DNA from: Patescibacteria group bacterium
GTDB taxonomy: Bacteria > Patescibacteriota > Patescibacteriia > 2-12-FULL-60-25
Direction of reading: 5' to 3'
DNA: 54,258 nucleotides
NCBI GenBank assembly: GCA_018830085.1
Contig: JAHJSR010000101.1
Coordinates: 1-54,258, forward strand
The notes under the pieces are model-generated. The model searched no databases. It was not told the DNA's origin and was given only the letters and a program-made list of their open reading frames with translations. Positions within the stretch are counted from its first letter, which is position 1. Each line of letters begins with the position of its first letter. Below, one piece after another: positions 44,652-52,983 of this stretch. The translations under genes and the position numbers were made by a program.

Positions 44652-44655
44652 ATTC

Positions 44656-45192
44656 TTATTTTCTAATTAACTGCCCAAATCTCTCATGTAATTTGGATAG
44701 CTTCGGGTTAATATTCGCCTGACAATATGCTTTATCCGGATTCTTGGAGTAATAATCTTTATGATAATCTTCGGCCTCGTAAAAATTAGTCAGAAACTCT
44801 ACCGCGGTCACAATCTTTCCATCAAATAATTTATCATTCTCCAGCTTTGTAATAAACCTCTCCGCCTCTTGTCTCTGAGACTCATCCGTATAAAAAATCA
44901 CACTGCGATATTGCTCGCCAATATCATGCCCTTGGCGATTTAAAGCGGTTGGGTCGTGCGTAGCAAAAAACACGGTTAATAAATCTTCAAATTTTATAAC
45001 ATCCTCATCATATTCAATTTTTACAACCTCGGCATGCCCGGTTTCCCCGGTGCAAACTTGCTCATAACTTGGATTTGCAACAGTTCCGCCCGCATATCCG
45101 GGGGTGACAGACTGAATGCCTTTAAGCTGCTTAAACACAGCCTCACTACACCAAAAGCAACCCGAACCAAACATTACAACTTCATTTTTCAT
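44656..45192 (-). CDS. msrA: peptide-methionine (S)-S-oxide reductase
   Basis: GSGCFWC active site, GYAGG, GHAEVV and DPT..NRQG.D.G.QYRS. Confidence 0.95.
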   Translation of the reverse strand: MKNEVVMFGSGCFWCSEAVFKQLKGIQSVTPGYAGGTVANPSYEQVCTGETGHAEVVKIEYDEDVIKFEDLLTVFFATHDPTALNRQGHDIGEQYRSVIFYTDESQRQEAERFITKLENDKLFDGKIVTAVEFLTNFYEAEDYHKDYYSKNPDKAYCQANINPKLSKLHERFGQLIRK

Positions 45193-45260
45193 ATACCAAC
45201 AGTTTAATTACTATATTAATATAAAGCAACAAAAAAACTCAACAAGTGAGTTAACGTAAA

Positions 45261-46136
45261 CTAAATGTACACTCTTGCAGCCATTCCTAACTGATTTATC
45301 CTACCTGCCACATCCTGTAAAAAACCAATATCCAAGGGTCTAATACCCGGATCAGCTGCTGATCTTGATACAGTATATACATCCACTCGGCTAAAATGTG
45401 AGCCCTTTTTACGCAAATATCTTAACTTGTCTATATAAGCCAACAGCTCCTGTCTGGACGGAGGCTTACCATCAACACAAGAAAAACAAGTTTGAATCAC
45501 AAGCTCTGAAGACTCAGGTATCAATAAAATATTTTCCAGTATATGCTGTATCGTATCTTTCGTACCGCATACATCTTGAAAATACTTGCTAGTTCCCGCA
45601 TCCAACTTCGCCCAAACAACAGGACCTTTACCTGAAAAATTTCTCAAAGCTCCTCTCACCTTTTCCTTGTGCAACAAACCAACGTTTGTAATTAAAACAA
45701 CATCAATATCACTATAAACAGCCCTTATAGAATCTCGACAATTTAACGCCATTTCCATGGCTTCAGGAAAATATCTCGAAGAAGTTGGCTCACCATCCCC
45801 ACTAAAAGTGATTGACCGTAACTTTCTGTATTCACTCTCAACCATATCAAGAGGTGATATCTCCCAAATCTCTCCGGATCTATACATCGCAAAAAGTTTT
45901 TCCAGCTCCAAAGCTATATCATAAACATCCACAAACAAAGACGACTCAGTATTAATATCACGTTTCACTTCACAGTACCGACAATTAAAATTACAGTACT
46001 TATCTTGCAAAAGATTGATACCAAGAGACAACCCGCCCAGCCTCCGAGAAACCACGGGATAACAGTACTTAAAAGTACTAAAGTCCCTAGAATGCTGCCT
46101 TGACCAAACGGGTGAGCTATTTGACTGATTATTCAT
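45261..46136 (-). CDS. radical SAM protein (COG0731-like), function unknown
   Basis: CNFNCRYC (CxxxCxxC) preceded by VVSRRLGGLSLGINL, and GDGEPT (SAM-binding GGE-like). Strong SD AGGAAGGAGAG. Intermediate GC (28/60 in 45301-45360). Confidence 0.8.
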   Translation of the reverse strand: MNNQSNSSPVWSRQHSRDFSTFKYCYPVVSRRLGGLSLGINLLQDKYCNFNCRYCEVKRDINTESSLFVDVYDIALELEKLFAMYRSGEIWEISPLDMVESEYRKLRSITFSGDGEPTSSRYFPEAMEMALNCRDSIRAVYSDIDVVLITNVGLLHKEKVRGALRNFSGKGPVVWAKLDAGTSKYFQDVCGTKDTIQHILENILLIPESSELVIQTCFSCVDGKPPSRQELLAYIDKLRYLRKKGSHFSRVDVYTVSRSAADPGIRPLDIGFLQDVAGRINQLGMAARVYI

Positions 46137-46251
46137 TGCTACTCTCCTTCCTCTAGCCTAAAAACCAACCGCTAATCTAAGTAAAAAGATCTAAATCAAT
46201 TAGATTACAAAATTTGAATTCTGTCAACCCCTCATCATAAAAATAATCTTG

Positions 46252-47460
46252 TTATTCACTCCTAAGCGCATCCACCGGATCCAACCTACTGGCTTTCCAA
46301 GCCGGATAAATTCCAAAGAAGATTCCCACAAAAACCGAAAAACCAAAACCTATAAGCGATCCCGTAAAAGATAAAACAACCGTTAATATTTTCATGTTGG
46401 ATATCACTGGAACAGCTATTGCCGCAAGTCCAATACCCAACATCCCGCCAACCATTGATAACGACACAGCCTCTGCCAAAAATTGAAACATAATATTGGC
46501 TCGCTTTGCACCAATTGCTTTTGCTATTCCAATCTCTTTAGTACGTTCCGCAACCGACACAAGCATAACATTCATAATACCGATACCCGAAACCAACAAA
46601 ACAATCGCCGCAACAGAGGTCAACAACAAAGACATAATATTCGCTGAAGTTTGCGCTGCCCCAACCATACTCCCCGCATCCATAATTCTAAAATCATCTT
46701 CTTGTGTATCTTTTAATTTATGTTGCTTACGTAAAATGGTCGTTATGTCTTCCATGGCACCAGCAACATTTTCTGGAGAATCAGCTAAAACCAGCAAACT
46801 AAATCTACCACCCGATCCTAATAAAGATTTTTTAGCCGTTTCATAAGGAGCAAAAACCGCTTCATCAAATGATAGCATAGGTAAACTCGCACCATTCTCT
46901 GATAAAATACCAACTACTTCAACTTTTTTATTTGCCACGGAAATTATCTGTCCAATCCCTGATTCCACATTATCACCAAACAAAGCCTGGGCCGACGTAT
47001 ATCCCAATACAACCACCTTTGACCTGGAAGCACTTTCTTCATCCGTATAAAATCTACCAGATTGCAAAGTCAAATTGGAAATACTTGGTAAACTCGCAGA
47101 AGAGCCATAAATACTATAACTGGTTTCCGTGGATCCATAAGACACACTACCACTACCCTGTTGCAAAGCCGTTGCCTGAGCAACCTTGTTACTACCCTGT
47201 AAAATAGCCGCCACGTCATCCTCTGATAATTTGGACGAAGACGTTCCCGGACCTCGACCTCCAAAAGAGCCCATAACAAACAAAGATGTAACATTTAAAT
47301 TTTTATATTGATCCGCAATGCTGTTTCTAGCAGCTTCACCAATTCCAAAAACAACTATAACTGTTGATACACCAATAATAACACCCAACATTGATAAAAC
47401 TGTTCTGGCTTTATTTGATTTTAACGCATCAAACGCCATTACATATAAATCCCAAATCAT
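46252..47460 (-). CDS. ABC transporter permease, MacB/FtsX type
   Basis: An N-terminal TM, a large extracytoplasmic domain, then 3 TM helices with the FtsX pattern (ERTKEIGIAKAIGA). 4-nt overlap with the ATPase gene. Confidence 0.9.
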   Translation of the reverse strand: MIWDLYVMAFDALKSNKARTVLSMLGVIIGVSTVIVVFGIGEAARNSIADQYKNLNVTSLFVMGSFGGRGPGTSSSKLSEDDVAAILQGSNKVAQATALQQGSGSVSYGSTETSYSIYGSSASLPSISNLTLQSGRFYTDEESASRSKVVVLGYTSAQALFGDNVESGIGQIISVANKKVEVVGILSENGASLPMLSFDEAVFAPYETAKKSLLGSGGRFSLLVLADSPENVAGAMEDITTILRKQHKLKDTQEDDFRIMDAGSMVGAAQTSANIMSLLLTSVAAIVLLVSGIGIMNVMLVSVAERTKEIGIAKAIGAKRANIMFQFLAEAVSLSMVGGMLGIGLAAIAVPVISNMKILTVVLSFTGSLIGFGFSVFVGIFFGIYPAWKASRLDPVDALRSE

Positions 47461-48155
47461 ACTTTGTAATCATGATCAACGACCACACCATCTTTTAAAT
47501 ATATAACCCTATCCGCATATGCAGCGACATTGTTTTCGTGCGTCACCATAACAATAGTTCTGCCTTGCTTTTTTAAATCCAAAAATATCTGCATCAAATC
47601 TTTGCTAGATTGCGTATCCAATGCACCGGTGGGTTCATCAGCCAAAAGCAAAGTGGGATCATTCATAAGCGACCTAGCAATTGCAACTCTTTGTTGTTGT
47701 CCTCCTGATAATTCAGTTGGCCGATGATGCATACGCTCACCCAATCCCAAATCCGTTAGCAATCCCTTGGCTTTTTCCAACCTTGTTTGACGAGTCTGAC
47801 CGGCGTATAAAGCAGGCATGGAAACATTCTTTAATGCCGTGTATTTGGAAAACAAATTAAATTGCTGAAAAATAAAACCAATTTTTTTATTTCTAATAAA
47901 AGCTAAAGTATAATCATCTCTAACTTTTCCGATATCCTCACCAAAAAAATAATACTCGCCATCAGATAAGGCATGTAAACAACCTATGATATTTAATAAC
48001 GTTGACTTGCCTCCACCCGAAGAACCCATAATAGCCACAAACTCACCATCCTCAATTTTAAGATCAATACCTTTTAAAACCGGCACCTCATCCCCATTTG
48101 ATAAAAAGTATGACTTTTTTACACCCTTTAACTCTATAGCCGGCTGATTACTCAT
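47457..48155 (-). CDS. ABC transporter ATP-binding protein (MacB/LolD-like)
   Basis: Walker A GSSGGGKSTLLN, signature LSGGQQQRVAIARSL, Walker B LLLADEPTGALD. Confidence 0.95.
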   Translation of the reverse strand: MSNQPAIELKGVKKSYFLSNGDEVPVLKGIDLKIEDGEFVAIMGSSGGGKSTLLNIIGCLHALSDGEYYFFGEDIGKVRDDYTLAFIRNKKIGFIFQQFNLFSKYTALKNVSMPALYAGQTRQTRLEKAKGLLTDLGLGERMHHRPTELSGGQQQRVAIARSLMNDPTLLLADEPTGALDTQSSKDLMQIFLDLKKQGRTIVMVTHENNVAAYADRVIYLKDGVVVDHDYKV

Positions 48156-50038
48156 AGTGTGTAAATAATCGTATCTCCAACTTTGACGCCATTAATAATC
48201 TCAACCATTTTCCCATCAGTAAAACCAGTCACAACAGGTACCCATTCTCCGCTCTCAAGCTGTACAGAAGGTTTGCCGCTAACATTCTTTACCGCGGTTA
48301 CCGGAGCAACAAGTACATCATTGCTTTCCGCTACTGAAAACTCCACAAACGCAGTCATGCCTTCGCGTATGCCTTCTGTACCCTCTTGATCCAACAAAAC
48401 CCTAACCAAATAACTGGTTATACCATTCTGACTTTGTGTGGAAATAACAGACACAAAACTTACTTCACCTTGCAATTCCACATCTTCCAGAGCATCAAAT
48501 GTTATATAAGCTTTTTGCCCGACTGAAATTTTATTTATGTCAGCTTCTTCAATATTAACCTCAATAAACAAAGTATCTTTGTTTAAAATATTTACAAAAG
48601 CTTGAGAGTTGTCTTTGGCAACCAAATCTCCCGCCTTTCCGTTCAGCTCAACAACTTCACCATCAATTGGTGACCTCAATGTCGCTTGGTCTATGTTATA
48701 CAAAACTCTATCCAAACCAATTTTTGCATTTTCTACAGAAATTCTTGCACTTACCAAATCAATATCACGCGGCGGTTCCATCAAAGTATCATATGATAAT
48801 TGTGCCTGCTTTAAAGATATCTCTCTATTTTTTAAAGATGCTTCCGCATTAGCCAAATCCTGTTCCGCCTTGACCTTAGCCACATCCAAATCCTCTACGA
48901 CTTTTTCATAATTCAACTCAAGATTGGACAAACTATTTTTTGCATTAGTAATACTTTGCCTGGAATTAAACAAGTTAGATTTATTGCTGGTAATCGAAGA
49001 AAGATTAGAACTAACCGTTGACTTTAAACCGTCCAAAGCACTCTGAGTAAAACTAGACGACGTTATGGAATAATCCAAAACTCTTTGCAAATCCAAATAA
49101 TTAATCCTCATGGCCTCAAGAACTGCATCTGCCTTATCAATCGCGGAATCCAAATTAGTGCGATCGCTTGATGATGTTAAGCTATCCATCAAAGCATCAA
49201 ATTCCAATTTGGCTATCTTTGCCTGTTTGTAAGAAATTTCAGCAGTAAAAATTGCAGTCGAATCCAATGCACCAATATATCCTTTGTACTGTTGTGCTAC
49301 AGCCGAATCATCAACGCCCAAAACATCATCAGATTTATTTAATAAATTATTTAACGTGATTTGCATAGATTGTAAAGTATTAAACAAAGTCGTATAGGCA
49401 TTATCAACAATCTGACTCGTCTCCGCATCCTTGTTTAACAACAAATTAGTTTTAGCAGTTTCAACAGATCTAACTGCATTATTCACATTTTGCTCTGCAG
49501 ACATCTTGGTTTGTTCATATGATATTTTCTGCTGATCTAAACTAATTTGCGCCTGCTCAATTGCAGTTAAAGCCGAATCAATCTGTTCTTGCTCCGGAGC
49601 GATTTGTTTTAATTGCAGATTATTCAATGCTGACTCATACGATGTTTGAGCGCTTCTTAGATCAAACTGATATGTAGCCGTATTCATACTGGCCAACGCA
49701 TCACCCTTTTTAACATTATCACCTTGTTTAATAAAAACATTTTCTATAGTTACTCCGGTTATGGGGTATGACAAAGCCACCATATCATCAGCTACCACCT
49801 TTCCATCAGCCTCAATAGCAACACGTACATCATCTCTTTTAATCTGCCAAGTTTCTTGCTTAGCCTGAACAACGTTATTTTTCTCTGTATCCTTAAAAAA
49901 GAAAAACCACGCACCAATAATTCCTACCGCAATAATAACCAAAGCTACTATGCCTCTTTTTAAAGTAAAACGCTTAAAAATACCTCCAATAGTTTTTGAT
50001 TTCTGACTCTCCTCCACAATTGAAGTTGTTTCTGACAT
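48152..50038 (-). CDS. HlyD/MFP-family periplasmic adaptor with very long coiled-coil hairpin
   Basis: N-terminal TM. Lipoyl-like segments (GDNVKKGDALA ... SPIDGEVVEL). About 330 aa of heptad-like Ala/Leu/Gln/Ser-rich helix between them. C-terminal beta-barrel. Confidence 0.85.
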   Translation of the reverse strand: MSETTSIVEESQKSKTIGGIFKRFTLKRGIVALVIIAVGIIGAWFFFFKDTEKNNVVQAKQETWQIKRDDVRVAIEADGKVVADDMVALSYPITGVTIENVFIKQGDNVKKGDALASMNTATYQFDLRSAQTSYESALNNLQLKQIAPEQEQIDSALTAIEQAQISLDQQKISYEQTKMSAEQNVNNAVRSVETAKTNLLLNKDAETSQIVDNAYTTLFNTLQSMQITLNNLLNKSDDVLGVDDSAVAQQYKGYIGALDSTAIFTAEISYKQAKIAKLEFDALMDSLTSSSDRTNLDSAIDKADAVLEAMRINYLDLQRVLDYSITSSSFTQSALDGLKSTVSSNLSSITSNKSNLFNSRQSITNAKNSLSNLELNYEKVVEDLDVAKVKAEQDLANAEASLKNREISLKQAQLSYDTLMEPPRDIDLVSARISVENAKIGLDRVLYNIDQATLRSPIDGEVVELNGKAGDLVAKDNSQAFVNILNKDTLFIEVNIEEADINKISVGQKAYITFDALEDVELQGEVSFVSVISTQSQNGITSYLVRVLLDQEGTEGIREGMTAFVEFSVAESNDVLVAPVTAVKNVSGKPSVQLESGEWVPVVTGFTDGKMVEIINGVKVGDTIIYTL

Positions 50039-50039
50039 A

Positions 50040-50732
50040 TTAATTCTGAGATGTATTAATTCCTCCGCTCATCCTATTCCCACCAAAACCACCACCCATT
50101 AAACTCACAAACTCTGCTACATTTTTATCGGTAATATCTTGATTCAGCCAAATCGTTATCAAACTATCTTTTTGTATTTCTGAAAAAGATATCTGACTAG
50201 CTCCACCTTGATCAGCTCCTGATCTGCCACCACCTATAATCGGTATGCCAACAGGAATAGTAACAGTTTCCGAACCAATGCTCTTTGCTTTTAATTCTTT
50301 AATCATTTCATCACGTGCAGCTAACATTGCATCACGATCAAATGCCTGTCCATCAGGTCCCTGTCCACCAGCCGCGCCACTAAAACCTCCCCCCATTCCA
50401 CGACCGGCTCCTACAGCTCCACCCGTTGCGCCAAAAGCCGCCGATGGATTAAACCCAGCACCTTGATCTTGACCGCCCTGGCTAGATCCTTGGGCAGAAC
50501 GTGTGCTGGTCGCAAACGGCATATCTTCTTCATTAAACAACAATATTGTGGCTTGATTGCCAACCAGGTTACTCACCATACCCATCATATCCGGATCCCT
50601 CTCCGGTCTCTGAACTATTAAATTTTCCGCTGGTCTATCAGCCATATCGACGTTATTGGCATTAGACGTACCACAACCAGGCAATAAAAAAAAGCTTAAT
50701 AAAGCAAAAATTGTCAAAAATTCTTTTTTCAT
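50040..50732 (-). CDS. Gly-rich lipoprotein, first gene of the efflux operon
   Basis: Lipobox LLPGC. Central tract GGQDQGAGFNPSAAFGATGGAVGAGRGMGGGFSGAAGGQGPDG. Its stop lies 1 nt before the HlyD start. Confidence 0.7.
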   Translation of the reverse strand: MKKEFLTIFALLSFFLLPGCGTSNANNVDMADRPAENLIVQRPERDPDMMGMVSNLVGNQATILLFNEEDMPFATSTRSAQGSSQGGQDQGAGFNPSAAFGATGGAVGAGRGMGGGFSGAAGGQGPDGQAFDRDAMLAARDEMIKELKAKSIGSETVTIPVGIPIIGGGRSGADQGGASQISFSEIQKDSLITIWLNQDITDKNVAEFVSLMGGGFGGNRMSGGINTSQN

Positions 50733-50854
50733 AATATTTCTTGACTACTTATACGCTAATAATAAATTTTACTTTCAAAAAACAATTAAAGAAAGAATTA
50801 GACTATCATAAACCCTTAACTACATGCTCAAAATTAACCCAACCTCACCACAAA

Positions 50855-50884
50855 CAAAAATACCTCTCTTGTGAGAGGATTTTA
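50855..50884 (-). terminator. rho-independent terminator (bidirectional shape)
   Basis: Minus strand reads cctctc-acaa-gagagg-tatttttg. Confidence 0.7.
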
Positions 50885-50900
50885 GTAGAATTTTCCCGGC

Positions 50901-51680
50901 TTAAAAAACAGCATGAACATCATCAACCGCACGATCAACTTCTCTGCTAATCTTTATCCTGGAAATAACGGAAAGCACTCCCAGTGGCAACGCTATCCCC
51001 AAAATCACATTCGGAAAATAGCCAGGTTCCAACCACCCAAGATGGTAAGGAACTGCCACGATGATGGCAACCACCCAAAAAAACGATTTCACCTTACCAA
51101 CCCTCGATGCTTTTGACTGTCGAAGATTATTTTTGATCCAGGTGAACACATTGAATTTTGTGAAAGGCTCTTGAGTAAACGGCTTCCTTACAAAGGTACC
51201 GATAATATCGACAAGAATAGCTGGTATTGCAATGTAGGGAGTAAAAACCCCCACGACTACCAGAGCAGCAACTGCCGGCAAATGTTTAGCTTTGTCCGCT
51301 GCTGGGTCACCCCACTCTCCACGATCAATGCTAATCTTAGACCGCGGCATTGCAAATTTTTCCCTTGCTTTCGCCATTCGCCCATCTAACCAATCCATAG
51401 CTTCACTAACGAAGAAAAACAATACAGCAAGTGGCAAGTAGATAAAAGCGTAGACAAAACCCATAGACAGCCAATGCAAAATGTAAAAAACTACACTAAT
51501 GTAAAAAACAATCACTCCCCAAAATGTAATCCAATTCGGAGAGCACAATGGCCAATTACTAATCTTCGCCAAAATTTTATAAGGTATAGTTTTTCCTGCA
51601 ACCAATATCACCAAGCCAAGCACGATTGCATACAGTGTTAACCTCTCTTGATGGAGAAGTATATCGCATAGTCTCTCCAT
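50901..51680 (-). CDS. CDP-alcohol phosphatidyltransferase-like membrane protein with an insertion in the signature
   Basis: DWLDGRMAKA...(about 17 aa)...GEWGDPAADK fits D-G-x2-A-[RK]...G-x3-D-x3-D with a longer spacer. 5-6 TM helices. The ATG at 51680 is preceded by GGAGGTG. Confidence 0.5.
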   Translation of the reverse strand: MERLCDILLHQERLTLYAIVLGLVILVAGKTIPYKILAKISNWPLCSPNWITFWGVIVFYISVVFYILHWLSMGFVYAFIYLPLAVLFFFVSEAMDWLDGRMAKAREKFAMPRSKISIDRGEWGDPAADKAKHLPAVAALVVVGVFTPYIAIPAILVDIIGTFVRKPFTQEPFTKFNVFTWIKNNLRQSKASRVGKVKSFFWVVAIIVAVPYHLGWLEPGYFPNVILGIALPLGVLSVISRIKISREVDRAVDDVHAVF

Positions 51681-51772
51681 GAGCACACCTCCGTGCTTTA
51701 AAAGTGCCAAGGAACCTATAAGTGTTATCAAATAATCAGCTTTATGGCAATGATCCGAGCCTCAAATATCCC

Positions 51773-51801
51773 TTGTCAGATTTTAAAGAATCCTGTATAA
51801 A
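51773..51801 (+). promoter_or_regulatory. putative promoter of tRNA-His
   Basis: TTGTCA (51773-51778), 17 nt, TATAAA (51796-51801), about 48 nt upstream of the tRNA. Confidence 0.45.
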
Positions 51802-51849
51802 TACGTATACCAAATTCCCGGACAATCATACTCATTTGATGCAAATCAT

Positions 51850-51924
51850 GGTGGCCATGGTGTAATGGTAACACAGAGGATTGTGGTTCCTCTGATACGG
51901 GTTCAATTCCCGTTGGCCACCCCA
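51850..51924 (+). tRNA. tRNA-His (anticodon GTG) with encoded G-1 and 3' CCA
   Basis: Folded by hand. G-1 plus acceptor GTGGCCA/TGGCCAC; D arm GTGT-AATGGTA-ACAC; anticodon arm GAGGA-TTGTGGT-TCCTC; T arm ACGGG-TTCAATT-CCCGT; discriminator C; CCA. Confidence 0.93.
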
Positions 51925-51930
51925 GCAGCA

Positions 51931-51956
51931 TCCCTCGAAAAATCGAGGGATTTTGC
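51931..51956 (+). terminator. rho-independent terminator after tRNA-His
   Basis: tccctcga-aaaa-tcgaggga-ttttgctattt. The 17-mer TCGAGGGATTTTGCTAT recurs at 53968-53984. Confidence 0.75.
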
Positions 51957-51992
51957 TATTTATACATTATCTGTTTATTATAATCATATTAT

Positions 51993-52595
51993 ATGAAAAT
52001 AATACTTTTTGATTTTGATGGCGTTATTGTAGATACGTATAAATTTTGTTATCGAATTATCAATTCACGAGATAATCTTAGCGAGACAGAATACCGTGCT
52101 CGATTTGAAGGCAACGTTAACAATACACCAAAACAAAAAATGACTGTAAATAAATCCACCAATCCTTTTGATTTTGTTGGACAGTACACTTCGGAGTTAA
52201 TGCCTTGTAAGCCAAATTTAGATTTAGCGAAAGTTATAAAAAAATTAGCGACAAATCATACTTTAATTATTATTTCATCAACTGTCAGCTCTGCAATTTC
52301 TGAATATTTAAAACTACACAACTTAAGTCAATATTTTACAGAAATTCTTGGGAATGATATTGAAAAAAGTAAGGTAAAAAAAATTCAAGATGTTCTTAGT
52401 CGATACGACATTTTGCCAACTAATACGGTTCTTATTACAGATACCCTGGGTGATATCAAGGAAGCGAGAGAATGTGGAGTACAAAGCATTGCTGTTACAT
52501 GGGGTTATCATGAATTAAGGACCTTACAAAAAGGCAACCCTTATAAAATTATTAGTAACCCAAGTGAAATTATTGATGTAATAAATGCATTATAG
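51993..52595 (+). CDS. HAD superfamily hydrolase (phosphatase, subfamily IA)
   Basis: Motif I ILFDFDGVIVDT, motif II IISST, and motif IV ITDTLGDIKEARECG. Confidence 0.85.
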   Translation: MKIILFDFDGVIVDTYKFCYRIINSRDNLSETEYRARFEGNVNNTPKQKMTVNKSTNPFDFVGQYTSELMPCKPNLDLAKVIKKLATNHTLIIISSTVSSAISEYLKLHNLSQYFTEILGNDIEKSKVKKIQDVLSRYDILPTNTVLITDTLGDIKEARECGVQSIAVTWGYHELRTLQKGNPYKIISNPSEIIDVINAL

Positions 52596-52675
52596 AACTA
52601 ATTCTCTTGTTCAATTACATCGCTATTGATAAGGTTGGCTTAATTAAAAACTATTTTTTACAATCTCTGATATCT

Positions 52676-52981
52676 ATGTCTAACGATAATCCTAAAATTC
52701 AAGTATTTGGTTCTGGTTGCTCTTCTTGCAAGCGCTTACATGAACTTACTGTACAAGCAGCTAAAGAACTTGGCTTTGACAGTAAAGTTGAATATGTCAC
52801 TGACATTCAGCGATTAATGGAGCTTGGCGTCATGCAAAGCCCGGTGCTAACCATAGATAATCAAATCGTTATCGTTGGTTATGTACCCGATATGGATGCC
52901 ATAAAACACGCACTAGCCACAGGCCAGCAAAACTCACAAGATTCCAAATCAACCGGATGCTGCTGTGGAGGTAATTGTTAA
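52676..52981 (+). CDS. thioredoxin-fold redox-active disulfide protein 2 (TM0996/MTH895-like) with Cys-rich tail
   Basis: KIQVFGSGCSSCKRL (CxxC), PVLTIDNQIVIVG, and a C-terminal GCCCGGNC. ATG at 52676; the 52607 start is TTG. Confidence 0.8.
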   Translation: MSNDNPKIQVFGSGCSSCKRLHELTVQAAKELGFDSKVEYVTDIQRLMELGVMQSPVLTIDNQIVIVGYVPDMDAIKHALATGQQNSQDSKSTGCCCGGNC

Positions 52982-52983
52982 AT

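Noticed and set aside
45261-46136. The radical SAM gene as a prokaryotic viperin or as the AmmeMemoRadiSam activase partner of the Memo-like gene.
   Set aside because: The motif context (SRRLGxLSLGINL...CNFNCRYC) differs from the viperin and AmmeMemoRadiSam signatures as I know them. It lies 37 kb from the Memo-like gene, and no AMMECR1 gene is in the window.
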